Source: Candidatus Thorarchaeota archaeon
Lineage (GTDB): Archaea > Asgardarchaeota > Thorarchaeia > Thorarchaeales > Thorarchaeaceae
DNA length: 64,000 bases
Direction of reading: 5' to 3'
Assembly: GCA_008080745.1 (NCBI GenBank)
Contig: SHMX01000001.1
Span: forward strand, 308,617 to 372,616
Shown here: in pieces, positions 19,264 through 28,870 of the stretch
Layout of the letters: the number at the start of each line of letters is the position of its first letter
How positions within the stretch are numbered: position 1 is the stretch's first letter
The notes under the pieces: model-generated
Told to the model about the DNA's origin: nothing
The model's database searches: none
What the model saw: the letters and a program-made list of their open reading frames with translations, nothing else
Position numbers and translations under genes: made by a program

Positions 19264-20078
19264 GCGTCTGCCTCCTTAAGTTCTTTTACGGTTCGAGGTT
19301 TTCTGTGTAGAGCTTCTTTTGCTTCTGTCTGTAGACGGTCAATCATGATTTGAAGTGAGGTTTCCAAGTTCTCACCGTTATCGAACTCTTGAACAAACTT
19401 TTCCAGTTCTCTGGTTTCCAATTCACGCAACTCGTTGGCAACTTCCACCATGATGGGCATTGCACGGATAATGTTGTCAACAATAGTAATATTGGAAAAC
19501 ACAGAAGTCCTGCTCATGGGATTCAAATCAACTGTAACAACTCGTTTTCCGACAGCTCGAAGTGCTTCTGTACGATCTCCATCTTCCAAGGGGACCAAAA
19601 CGACATCTGCCTTTGCAATTCCTTCAGAATCAACCTTCCTTCGATTGCTACTCAGTTCCGGAATAGTTTCAGAAGGCCTATCATGAGTCCCTAAAACCGT
19701 CTTTGCTCCAGCATCATGTAAGACCTTTAGTATTGCATCCTCTCGTTCTTTTCTATAGTAAAAAAGGTTAATCTCAAGAAGTGCACCAGTTATTTCTGAA
19801 AACTCAACGAGTTCTGTCGGAACCAACGAGCACACATTGCCATTTACGCTGATTACAGGATGGTTAGCGAGTAGTATCTCAGCTACTGCTGCGTAAATTG
19901 CTTTTTTAGCCTGAGGTGTGGTCGTTTCTCCAATAAGATAATCGAAAGCCTCTCCTCGTCCATGTGCTAGTAATCCAGCAGTTGCAACAATATGCAGCTG
20001 ATGTCCCTCGATTATGGTTTCACGTGTTTCAAGTGAAACTTTTCTGGGATGATCATCAGGAATCTCAGTTATATCCAT
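19260..20078 (-). CDS. Archaeal 4-phosphopantoate:beta-alanine ligase (phosphopantothenate synthetase, COG1701-like), called from context
   Basis: 272 aa, the size of archaeal PPS. It is translationally coupled between panE and pantoate kinase. I could not verify a motif match from memory. Confidence 0.5.
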   Translation of the reverse strand: MDITEIPDDHPRKVSLETRETIIEGHQLHIVATAGLLAHGRGEAFDYLIGETTTPQAKKAIYAAVAEILLANHPVISVNGNVCSLVPTELVEFSEITGALLEINLFYYRKEREDAILKVLHDAGAKTVLGTHDRPSETIPELSSNRRKVDSEGIAKADVVLVPLEDGDRTEALRAVGKRVVTVDLNPMSRTSVFSNITIVDNIIRAMPIMVEVANELRELETRELEKFVQEFDNGENLETSLQIMIDRLQTEAKEALHRKPRTVKELKEADA

Positions 20079-21019
20079 TAGAGTAACCTCCCACCTTCTG
20101 TATCAAGTTGCGTGACAAATATCTCATTAGCATTCCAATTTCGGCTTATGAGTGTACTTACTTGACTTATCTCATCTCGTTCACAGAAACAAAAAATAGA
20201 ATTACCAAGCATTACCATTCCAGTCCGTTCAAAACCAACTTCTTTTAGTTCATTTAGAGTCTGTTTTATTCTTTCATTTGCCAATCCAACAGAAAAGGCA
20301 AACCTCTGTGCACAAGTAATGAAAGTGTCTATTTCGGGAGAGTCAATTATCATTGAAACAAGATTGTCGCCCACACGATTGATACGACTGCGATGTTCCG
20401 GATTAGTTAGTACTTTACGTGTATCAAGACCAGTACCCCCAGCTAATACCACCTTGAGATCAGAGTCACAAGGTATGTTATGAATCGCCCCAATCCCTGG
20501 GGCACCAGGTCGAGTGCGAATCTCAAATCCACCAACAGTCTGAGCGATGACATCACCTAGACCACTCTGATTTTCCACTTCAGCGACATGAGCAAACTGA
20601 GCGAGTGTCTGATTATCAAATTCATCAGAAAAGATGTGACCTAAAGCATAAGCTGTACCCAATGCACCAGCACCAGAAGCACCAAAACCAACACCAATGG
20701 GCAGGTCTGAATGGTGTTTCACATGAATGGTGTAAGACTCACTGGTTTCATCAAGCAATCTTTGTGTCACCGTCCTTGTCACAGGACCTTCAATTCGTAC
20801 ATCGTTGTAATCGACCAGTATCTTGGATATTGTACTCTCAACCACTTCTACTGTAGTAGTAGTACCCATCTGAACAGAGAATCCAGCACCTGTCGACCCC
20901 CGTTGAAGAGGATTGGCTTCTTCATCATAGATTCGGAACAGACCAGTAATGTGTCCCGGAACAAAGGCCTTTGCAGTTCTTCTTCGGAGAGGCAATGTCT
21001 TGTCTATTTCATCTCTCAC
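20078..21019 (-). CDS. Pantoate kinase (GHMP kinase family)
   Basis: Carries the GHMP ATP-binding motif PIGVGFGASGAGALGTAYAL. It sits in the CoA gene cluster and shares a nucleotide with the upstream gene. The annotated start is a GTG. Confidence 0.6.
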   Translation of the reverse strand: MRDEIDKTLPLRRRTAKAFVPGHITGLFRIYDEEANPLQRGSTGAGFSVQMGTTTTVEVVESTISKILVDYNDVRIEGPVTRTVTQRLLDETSESYTIHVKHHSDLPIGVGFGASGAGALGTAYALGHIFSDEFDNQTLAQFAHVAEVENQSGLGDVIAQTVGGFEIRTRPGAPGIGAIHNIPCDSDLKVVLAGGTGLDTRKVLTNPEHRSRINRVGDNLVSMIIDSPEIDTFITCAQRFAFSVGLANERIKQTLNELKEVGFERTGMVMLGNSIFCFCERDEISQVSTLISRNWNANEIFVTQLDTEGGRLL

Positions 21020-21054
21020 AAGAGGTACTAATAATGTAATTCCATGTATTTATG

Positions 21055-21091
21055 GTTTTAATGGTATGTAATGGTATATTACCATTAAAAC
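21055..21091. repeat. Perfect 12-bp inverted repeat with a 13-nt spacer between the hypothetical gene and pantoate kinase
   Basis: gttttaatggta (21055-21066) and taccattaaaac (21080-21091). The spacer itself repeats aatggtat. Confidence 0.6.
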
Positions 21092-21128
21092 ATCGATGAA
21101 ACCGTACCAGAAGGAAACGACTCCTCGT

Positions 21129-21968
21129 TTACTTTCGGAGAGGTACTAGACTAACATATTGCTTCTCAGAGGGGTATTCTGCTGGTGGTGCAGGGTATGC
21201 CCATCTGGCATCTATATCTCGTCCGCTTAAATCGTATACTCTAAAACTTCCAGAAGACCATGTCAGAGGGCTAAATCCAAGAAGAAGAGTCTGGGTTCTC
21301 CAGCTAGTTACAACCATGTGACGATTCATGCCTGCAGTAGGAACGACAAGAAATACATTGGAAAGTTCCATGAGAAGAGATGTACTTATCCTATAGAAGA
21401 AGCTGTATGTTTTTCGATGTTCTTCCGAACCTTGTTGACGTAAATCGTTCAAATATCTCTCAATGGTAGCATCATGAACTGTCGGATCCATAATATCTGA
21501 TAGTTCTTCAACATCAACAACTACAGCGGTTTCAAAATAATAGGCAAGAGGAAATTCAGTTATGTGAAAAATGATAAATTTGTCACGGGTTATACTATTA
21601 TAGAGATGTTGGAATATAGACTGTTTTGAATAAAGCATACTCGCATCCAGAGTTGCAGGATTGAAATTTTCGGCTTCGCTTGAAACGGCTAGACGAAACA
21701 TATCATCAAGCATATCCCCATCATAACCAATTCGGACAACATAGTAGGGAGAGTCCTTGCGCGTATCCTCAATTTTTCCGGTCACTTTAAGATATTCGTC
21801 AAAATCTCTACGGAATGTATCTGCCTCATTATCATTATCTAAGACAAAGAGCGACTGAGTGGGAGTTCCAAAGGCAGAAACAACTTTTTCATAAGCTTGG
21901 TAGCGAGCTCTTTTCTCAGGTTCGAATCTGCTAAGAATCGTATCCAAATCATGAGAGGAGTTCGCCAA
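21129..21968 (-). CDS. Hypothetical protein embedded in the CoA cluster
   Basis: 279-aa ORF with no recognisable motifs. It lies between pantoate kinase and the divergently oriented coaBC. Confidence 0.5.
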   Translation of the reverse strand: MANSSHDLDTILSRFEPEKRARYQAYEKVVSAFGTPTQSLFVLDNDNEADTFRRDFDEYLKVTGKIEDTRKDSPYYVVRIGYDGDMLDDMFRLAVSSEAENFNPATLDASMLYSKQSIFQHLYNSITRDKFIIFHITEFPLAYYFETAVVVDVEELSDIMDPTVHDATIERYLNDLRQQGSEEHRKTYSFFYRISTSLLMELSNVFLVVPTAGMNRHMVVTSWRTQTLLLGFSPLTWSSGSFRVYDLSGRDIDARWAYPAPPAEYPSEKQYVSLVPLRK

Positions 21969-22221
21969 GTATTCCGCACCCGCTATAGTTCTGTTCGTTC
22001 ATTCACTGTTCTGTTGACACAGTTTATATCCCGTGTCAGTTGTCAATGATAGCGCACAATCAATGAGAGATTCCCATAAAGAAGAACCATTGACATTCTG
22101 CAATTGATAACTTGACTCATATATTCTTTGCTCACCTATCTAGCTGATTCAATCCATTGAGTTAAAAAATGAAATTTACAGACCCGATAAAGAAAGAAAT
22201 GCTTGAAAATATACCATTAGA

Positions 22222-23517
22222 ATGAAATATCAAGGGAAAAGTCACGAGAGAATGATGAGTGTGATACATATGCAGCATACATCGAAACTGATCAAAGGAT
22301 CATTAAGTTCATTACTTGAGGGGAAATCTATAGCTCTATGCATTACGGGAAGTGTAGCAGCTGTTGAGTGTGTTGCTCTATCACGAACTCTAATGCGTCA
22401 TGGTGCAGAAGTATATACAATAATGAGTTCAGCGGGTCAAAAGATAATTCATCCACATTTAATGGAATGGGCTACAGGTAACCAAATAGTTACTGAGCTA
22501 ACAGGTCAAATCGAACACGTGACACTAGCAGGAAAGCATAAAGACCATGTCGATCTCATTCTCGTCGCACCCTCTACTGCCAATACAATTGGAAAAATAG
22601 CCAACGGGATTGACGATACACCAGTTACCACCACGGTATCATCAGGAATAGGAGCGAAAATTCCAGTCGTAATTGTTCCAGCAATGCATCAATCTATGTA
22701 TGATCATCCAGCAGTTATGGACAATATTGCAAAACTTCGCGATATTGGAGTGCATGTGATGGCCCCCAGAATGGAAGAGGCCAAGGCAAAGATTCCCACG
22801 GTATCCTCAATAGTAGATTATGTTATAGGTGTGCTTGGACCACAAGACCTTGTTGGAAGGCATTTCCTAATTACTGCAGGCCCCACGAGAGGGTGGATCG
22901 ACCGTGTTCGATTTATTACAAACCCCTCAACGGGAAAAATGGGCATAGCGGTAGCACAGGAAGTTATTGCAAGAGGAGGGGATGTAACCCTCATTCTAGG
23001 ACCAACTTCACTTGATGGTCCTGAATATGCTGACATCGTTCATGTTGAAACCTCACAAGACATGCTGGATGCGGTATTAGATACTCTGAACAATCATAAT
23101 GTTGATGTGTTCGTTTCAGCAGCCGCTGTACTCGATTATATCCCTAAAACAAAAGTGGACAAGAAAATGCCCTCTGGAAAGGATTCTCTTACTGTAGAAT
23201 TGGAACCAACGAAGAAAATAATTGAAGAGGCGAGAAAACACCATCCAGAACTATACATAGTGGGTTTTAAAGTAGAATCGGGAGTTTCCGATGAGGAACT
23301 TGAAAAGCGAGCGAGAAAGAAGATTGAAACAGGGATATGTAATATGGTGGTAGCAAACGATGCACTGCGAAAAGGTGTCGCGTTTGGAACTGATACTAAC
23401 CAAGTCCTAATCGTTGGCCCTGAAGACATATTAGAAACAGAACTAGCTTCTAAAAGGGATATAGCAAGAACGATAGTTGATGAGATTGTTCGAAGATATC
23501 CTAATAAGAGTCACTAA
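22222..23517 (+). CDS. coaBC: Bifunctional phosphopantothenoylcysteine decarboxylase / phosphopantothenate-cysteine ligase
   Basis: N-terminal flavoprotein domain (KSIALCITGSVAAVECVALSRTLMRHGAEV) and a C-terminal DFP/CoaB ligase domain. The true start is probably an internal Met. Confidence 0.85.
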   Translation: MKYQGKSHERMMSVIHMQHTSKLIKGSLSSLLEGKSIALCITGSVAAVECVALSRTLMRHGAEVYTIMSSAGQKIIHPHLMEWATGNQIVTELTGQIEHVTLAGKHKDHVDLILVAPSTANTIGKIANGIDDTPVTTTVSSGIGAKIPVVIVPAMHQSMYDHPAVMDNIAKLRDIGVHVMAPRMEEAKAKIPTVSSIVDYVIGVLGPQDLVGRHFLITAGPTRGWIDRVRFITNPSTGKMGIAVAQEVIARGGDVTLILGPTSLDGPEYADIVHVETSQDMLDAVLDTLNNHNVDVFVSAAAVLDYIPKTKVDKKMPSGKDSLTVELEPTKKIIEEARKHHPELYIVGFKVESGVSDEELEKRARKKIETGICNMVVANDALRKGVAFGTDTNQVLIVGPEDILETELASKRDIARTIVDEIVRRYPNKSH

Positions 23518-23876
23518 AGAACTTCGAGCAAAGTTTCAGCCATTCTCTTCATATCCATGAATATCAGACCAAGTTGTGCATCCACTTTGGCAAGTACAAG
23601 AAGAAGTGCACTATCACCAACTGAGGTTAGCAATGTATAACCCTTGTCACCCTTGACATATACCTGTTCAAGATTACCACGATCAAGCTCACCTGTTGCC
23701 TTGTCCCCCAAAGTAAGCATAGCTGCACTGATAGCAGCAACTCGCTCCTGTTCACTCTCTGGGAGAGCAGAAGATATCATCAAGCCATCAAGTGAAACCA
23801 GAGCGGCACCTTCAACACCTGGAACTGTTTCGAAGTCTCTGATGATTTTATTGATTTTGTCTACCCGACTGGTCAT
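23514..23876 (-). CDS. Roadblock/LC7 (MglB-like) domain protein
   Basis: GVEGAALVSLDGLMISSAL ... AAISAAMLTLG ... VYVKGDKGYTLL. It is the last gene of the minus-strand cluster downstream of the giant surface protein. Confidence 0.8.
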   Translation of the reverse strand: MTSRVDKINKIIRDFETVPGVEGAALVSLDGLMISSALPESEQERVAAISAAMLTLGDKATGELDRGNLEQVYVKGDKGYTLLTSVGDSALLLVLAKVDAQLGLIFMDMKRMAETLLEVL

Positions 23877-23975
23877 AGTTGAAGCCTCTGGCCAATTAGA
23901 ACAATGGATAGTCGCTTAAATCCTCATTAAAATCTTGTCGTATTATAGGTGAAAGATGCGCACCAATTGCGCATC

Positions 23976-26900
23976 CTAGACACCAAAGAACTCTTTTGGA
24001 TCGAATTTTTCGTCTTCTTCCTGCTGTTTTTTACGTTCTTCTGCAGATGGGGCCTCATATTTGCTTCCTCGACGAGGAATTAAATCATCTCCCCGCCTAT
24101 AACGCATATAGAGATATCCAGCAATCACCGTAGCAAAAACACCACCTACTAGAAGAATCGGAATCCACGGGAATGGACGAATGAACACATATCCTGTAAA
24201 CACCACAGATAAGGTATCGTAACCTGATTTGACCCCTCTTAACTGAAGATCAAGTTCTCCTACTCTTCCGTTGGTCCAAGCAGAATCAAGTACCACGTCA
24301 TAAAGACCCAATCCAATCTCTGTCACGACTACTTCTGTGTAGTTTACCCATGCTTGAAGGTTCACAGATGTAACAGGAGTGCCAGATCTATCAGATAGCA
24401 TAATATGAAGTGTAACTGAATCGCCCTCCCAAATAATATATTGACTCAGACTAATTGAGTCTACAACTAGTGAGGGCTTGAGATACCATTCAACCACATT
24501 GCTTAATGTCTTATTTCTTTCAAGTCCAGTAGGATGTGTTGTTGTGAAAGCCAATTTCCCTGCACCAATAGCTCCTGCAACAATAACGGGTTCACCGTTA
24601 CTTGTAGCGAGGATAGAGAGGTTACTCCAAACTGAACTGAAATGACCAATTGTATCAATAGAAGAACCTAGATTTGTAGGAGAAGAAACTAGTGGATGTC
24701 CAACATCATCTATAGATATGGAGGAACTGGTAGTAGATACGGTATATGATAGAGGCCAAGGAATCCAATCCGAAGAACCTGTAAAGCCAAGAGCAACAAA
24801 AGTTCCACCCCCACGAACATAAGAATCAAGAAGACCTTTATTTGCAGCCAAGTCGCTGGTCAAGGTCGAATAAGAATCAGGCTCCACAACAGTTACTCGG
24901 GATAATTGAAGAAGACGGATGAATTCAGACATGTTAGTTGCTTCATAGTAGAGATACTCGACACCCAAGGAATTTAGTGTGTCAGGCAGATACGAGGTTG
25001 CTCCAAGGGCTGCAACGGAGGGGACACCATTTCCTGGTCGATGATCACCAAAAGCTGTAGTGTATGCATCAATCGATGTTACATGTGGAAAATTCTCCGT
25101 GGTGTATAGATGGACTTCAGGATCTCCAAAAAGAACCTGCTGATTTGCATAATCCACAGGTTGGAAGGATGATGGATTTGCATAATCAATAGATGTTCTC
25201 CGAAGTCCCTCTGATAGAGCCTCCCCTGTAGAATTTCCATTGGTAAGATATTCAGTCATTAGGACCGAGAGATAGCAAGCAGGATTGAAATAGACGGTTC
25301 GAGGTGCAGCAGTAACAGATACCGCACCGTGTTCCATAAGTGTAAGAGGGAGTTCTGTTCCGCCCAATAGACAAGCGGTCAGGAATACTATTGGAGAACC
25401 TATGTTTCCTATTACCTGTTCTAAATCTTCAGTACTGCGGGTAACATGGTGATTGAATTCACCCTGAAATGCAACAGGATTAACCAGACCATCATTATTA
25501 AAATCCCGTGTGGAGAGAGATTCTTCAAAACCCCAGGATGCATCTTGATCCCTCAAAGAGAAAATGCCAGGTCCAAGGGGACGTTCTGGGGGATCTGTAG
25601 GATACAGAGTTAGGGTTCCATGAGTGCTCATAGACCACAGACCAATCTGAGATGCAACAGATGAAAAAACTGCGTCAACACCAACATGCATATCCACAGT
25701 GAAACCAGCAGATGATAGAAGCGACTCTGATTCTTCAATCTGGAAAAGATTTTGACTAGAGGCAAAATTATCATATACTTGATCGCCGTTGGTGTATGCA
25801 TACATGGTCAGAAGAGAGGTATCAGCATTCTCAGCTGTTGAGAAAAGAAATCTATGTAAAAGGCCACGATTAATCATTACAGAGGTTGAAGTCTGAGTTT
25901 TTCCAGGTATACGCCCACCATTGAAATCTGTTTGTAGAGACCTATCAAAACTAACATGAATCAGGTCGGTCGGCGCTACAATAACAATAGATTGACTACT
26001 TGAGCTGTTGTACGCACCCCGATCTGAGAGGAATGATTCAAAACTGTTTTCAGAGAATTCCATTGAATGTTTGTTAGGGATACGGTCATCATACCATCCA
26101 TTCTCAGTTCTCGTAGCATACTGATCAGTGATGTAAATCTCGATCTCAGGGCCTATCAGATAAGGAGCCCAGGTTTCTTCAGCTCGGGTTGTTAATGAAT
26201 TGTCATCACCACAAAGAGAGAAAATAGGTGCCCCATGCACTGCTGCTGAATACACAGCTGGAGCAAATAATTCGTTTCCATTTCCCAAAGGAACACTGAG
26301 AACAACGTCTGTTTCCCCAGAGAGTAAAGCAATTTGATCGCTTATCATAGAGTACGTACTCCAAGTTGATAGAAACGTATCCTCACTCAAAGCAGTTTCA
26401 AGAGATGATGAATGAACATTCATTGGATCTACAAGAATGCTTGTATCGACTCCCAGTTGGTTCATTACCCACTGAGTCACCTGAGGTATTTCATTTGGAG
26501 TGACGTAAAGAAGAGGGATGTTCATCAGGGATGCAATTACTGCAGCATTTCCAGCAGATTCCAGATAGGATTGAATTGAAGAGTCAATTGTAGCCAGTTC
26601 CCAAGAAAGATTTACACCATTGTTTTCTTCAGTCGCATCCATCCAAGAACCAATGACTGTCCACTCACCAGGCATAGGATAAGAAACCTCAACACGCTCT
26701 ATGCTAGGACCGGAAAGTATACTACCACTTGGTGCCCATGCTCCAAGCCGTCCTGTAGGGTCAACAAGTGCCATATTTAGATCAGTAGCCGCGTTGTTCC
26801 AGTCCATCGTAACATTTAGCCATTTAGCATTATCAGGCACAGTAATACTCTGAGTGAATCCTGGATGGTGCTTAATCGTTCCGTCCAAGGAAATTGGACT

Positions 26901-27797
26901 AGAAACTGAATTGGGAGAAAGGGTCAGTGTCCAAGTTCCATCTTCTGTTTTAGGCACCCAGAACTGCAAAGGCACAGGAGTTTCTACGTACTGTGATGAC
27001 CTAGATAAGGATGCAACTCTATATGTCAAGTAGTCTACAATTAGACCATTGGGATTCTCTAGGGTATGAGTGAATATCGTACTTCCTGCAGGATAATCAA
27101 ACGACCCTTCTATCCATCCAGCAGTAGAGCTTGGTGTAAAAGTTAAATCAACCGAATCGGAAGATGTCACAGTCACATCATGACTAGTAGTAGTCGTTGG
27201 ATTGTTTACAAATTCAAATGTTGCCGAACCTTCTGTTATTTCGATTTGCTCGAAGCTGTCTTCAACTACCGCAAAGACCGCTGTGGAAGAACTACGCCAA
27301 TCATTCACAGCCAACATTGCTGCAATCTCAGCCGATGTTGTACCAGTTATTCTTGGAAAGATTGGAGTATCAATCAGCTTCTGAATATCCAAAATTTCTG
27401 CTTCTGTATAATCCCCGATCACAGTTGCCTGAGTGGCTCCACCATCAATACTGAGATATTCTGCCCAATCTTCAGTTAGCCATCTCTCGCTATCGCCCAA
27501 TTTGGAGTATATCAACGGAGAAATATATTGTTGTCCTGCATGATTGAATACTGCTGTGGGAATAGCTGCCATATAGGCAAACTCGTCAATAAGTGAACTT
27601 GAATTGGGATTCACGAAAGTTGCCTTTCGGAGGGGCAAGGGTTCTCCAAGATATGAAGATAGATATGAATTGGAGTTCCTTTGGATATAGGCATCTGGAA
27701 CTAAATCCGCCTTGAATATTCCGAGAGAGGCTAGCGAAGGAAGCAATAGTAACGAGATTAGCAGAATAGCACATGGTTTTGTGGTCCTTCTAAGCAA
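23976..27797 (-). CDS. Giant cell-surface protein (1273 aa) with an N-terminal signal peptide and a C-terminal TM anchor
   Basis: N-terminus MLRRTTKPCAILLISLLLLPSLASLG. A single C-terminal helix (IPILLVGGVFATVIAGYLYM) precedes a basic/acidic cytoplasmic tail. The beta-rich ectodomain carries many N-x-S/T sequons (NVTMDW, NLSWEL, NGNSTG, NYTEV ...). Confidence 0.7.
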   Translation of the reverse strand: MLRRTTKPCAILLISLLLLPSLASLGIFKADLVPDAYIQRNSNSYLSSYLGEPLPLRKATFVNPNSSSLIDEFAYMAAIPTAVFNHAGQQYISPLIYSKLGDSERWLTEDWAEYLSIDGGATQATVIGDYTEAEILDIQKLIDTPIFPRITGTTSAEIAAMLAVNDWRSSSTAVFAVVEDSFEQIEITEGSATFEFVNNPTTTTSHDVTVTSSDSVDLTFTPSSTAGWIEGSFDYPAGSTIFTHTLENPNGLIVDYLTYRVASLSRSSQYVETPVPLQFWVPKTEDGTWTLTLSPNSVSSPISLDGTIKHHPGFTQSITVPDNAKWLNVTMDWNNAATDLNMALVDPTGRLGAWAPSGSILSGPSIERVEVSYPMPGEWTVIGSWMDATEENNGVNLSWELATIDSSIQSYLESAGNAAVIASLMNIPLLYVTPNEIPQVTQWVMNQLGVDTSILVDPMNVHSSSLETALSEDTFLSTWSTYSMISDQIALLSGETDVVLSVPLGNGNELFAPAVYSAAVHGAPIFSLCGDDNSLTTRAEETWAPYLIGPEIEIYITDQYATRTENGWYDDRIPNKHSMEFSENSFESFLSDRGAYNSSSSQSIVIVAPTDLIHVSFDRSLQTDFNGGRIPGKTQTSTSVMINRGLLHRFLFSTAENADTSLLTMYAYTNGDQVYDNFASSQNLFQIEESESLLSSAGFTVDMHVGVDAVFSSVASQIGLWSMSTHGTLTLYPTDPPERPLGPGIFSLRDQDASWGFEESLSTRDFNNDGLVNPVAFQGEFNHHVTRSTEDLEQVIGNIGSPIVFLTACLLGGTELPLTLMEHGAVSVTAAPRTVYFNPACYLSVLMTEYLTNGNSTGEALSEGLRRTSIDYANPSSFQPVDYANQQVLFGDPEVHLYTTENFPHVTSIDAYTTAFGDHRPGNGVPSVAALGATSYLPDTLNSLGVEYLYYEATNMSEFIRLLQLSRVTVVEPDSYSTLTSDLAANKGLLDSYVRGGGTFVALGFTGSSDWIPWPLSYTVSTTSSSISIDDVGHPLVSSPTNLGSSIDTIGHFSSVWSNLSILATSNGEPVIVAGAIGAGKLAFTTTHPTGLERNKTLSNVVEWYLKPSLVVDSISLSQYIIWEGDSVTLHIMLSDRSGTPVTSVNLQAWVNYTEVVVTEIGLGLYDVVLDSAWTNGRVGELDLQLRGVKSGYDTLSVVFTGYVFIRPFPWIPILLVGGVFATVIAGYLYMRYRRGDDLIPRRGSKYEAPSAEERKKQQEEDEKFDPKEFFGV

Positions 27798-27947
27798 TGA
27801 TATTCACTCCGAGGGCAATGATACTTCATTTTCAATCCCACAAATATGGTTTTGTTGGATTAAGGTATCAAATACCATTGACCTCTTCGTGTTTAGACAT
27901 TTTATCCTATTGGTGAGGTGTATTTTGATTCGATGGACAGATATCGA

Positions 27948-28802
27948 TTACTGAAACTCTAATAGATCCTCATCAAAGTCCTCATCATCTTCTTCATCTT
28001 CTTCTTCCTCTTCAGGAAGTTTGTCATAGATGTCGTCTAGAACCTTGCGTAATCTACGTCTGGTGCTTTTGGGTATATCCCAAAGTTTCTGTTCTGCACG
28101 CTCGAAGACCTCTCTTGCTATATCGTAAATTTCGGCTTCGAGATAGCTCTGTGAAGCTTCAGTGAAGTATTCGGCAGCCTTCTTCTGCTTCCCTTGAATC
28201 TCCGCTATATCTCCAAGCAGGGACAAAGCATCTGCAGTACCAGCTTTATCATCTATCTCTTGGTATATCTTCAATGCTTTCTTGAACGTCTTCGTAGCAC
28301 TAGTCCAATCTTCTTGTTCAGCCTCAACATTTCCCATGTCCATGATAATACTGGCTACACCTTGCTCATTACCCAGTTTCTTGTAAGCACGTTGGGCTTG
28401 CTTGAAATAATCCATAGCAGTTTCAACATCACCTTTGCCATGATGAGCAAGACCGAGGGCATAAAGAGCATCAGCAGAACCTTCTTCGTTTTTCACTGAA
28501 TCAAATTGTTCCATAGCCTTTTCACAGGTTGTGATTGCTTCATCCCACTGTTCTAAGTTAATCTGAGCGACACCAAGATTATACAAGGTATCACTGATAC
28601 CAGTTTCATCATCAAGCTCTTTAAAGAGTTCAACTGAACGTTCAAAACACTCCAAGGCATCCTCAAACTCAGCGAGAGACATGTAAACATTACCTGCAGT
28701 ATTGAAAATTTTAGCAGCTATTTCTTTTTCTCCAGCTTCTAGGGCAGCTTCACCTTGTTCCGTCAGTTCCATTGGATCCAAATCAATTTCATCATCGCTC
28801 AT
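27948..28802 (-). CDS. TPR-repeat protein with a poly-acidic C-terminus
   Basis: About six TPR units (e.g. ALYALGLAHHGKGDVETAMDYFKQA). The C-terminal tail is EEEEDEEDDEDFDEDLLEFQ. Confidence 0.75.
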   Translation of the reverse strand: MSDDEIDLDPMELTEQGEAALEAGEKEIAAKIFNTAGNVYMSLAEFEDALECFERSVELFKELDDETGISDTLYNLGVAQINLEQWDEAITTCEKAMEQFDSVKNEEGSADALYALGLAHHGKGDVETAMDYFKQAQRAYKKLGNEQGVASIIMDMGNVEAEQEDWTSATKTFKKALKIYQEIDDKAGTADALSLLGDIAEIQGKQKKAAEYFTEASQSYLEAEIYDIAREVFERAEQKLWDIPKSTRRRLRKVLDDIYDKLPEEEEEDEEDDEDFDEDLLEFQ

Positions 28803-28870
28803 GAGGATTACCTCTCATACACAGGTTTCTACGCGCAGTAATATTGCTTTTGAATCCTTCTGACTGCACA

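Noticed and set aside
27180-27954. Small ORFs inside or abutting the giant surface protein gene
   Set aside because: They are antisense or alternate-frame within a continuous 1273-aa ORF that has a coherent signal peptide, ectodomain and TM architecture.
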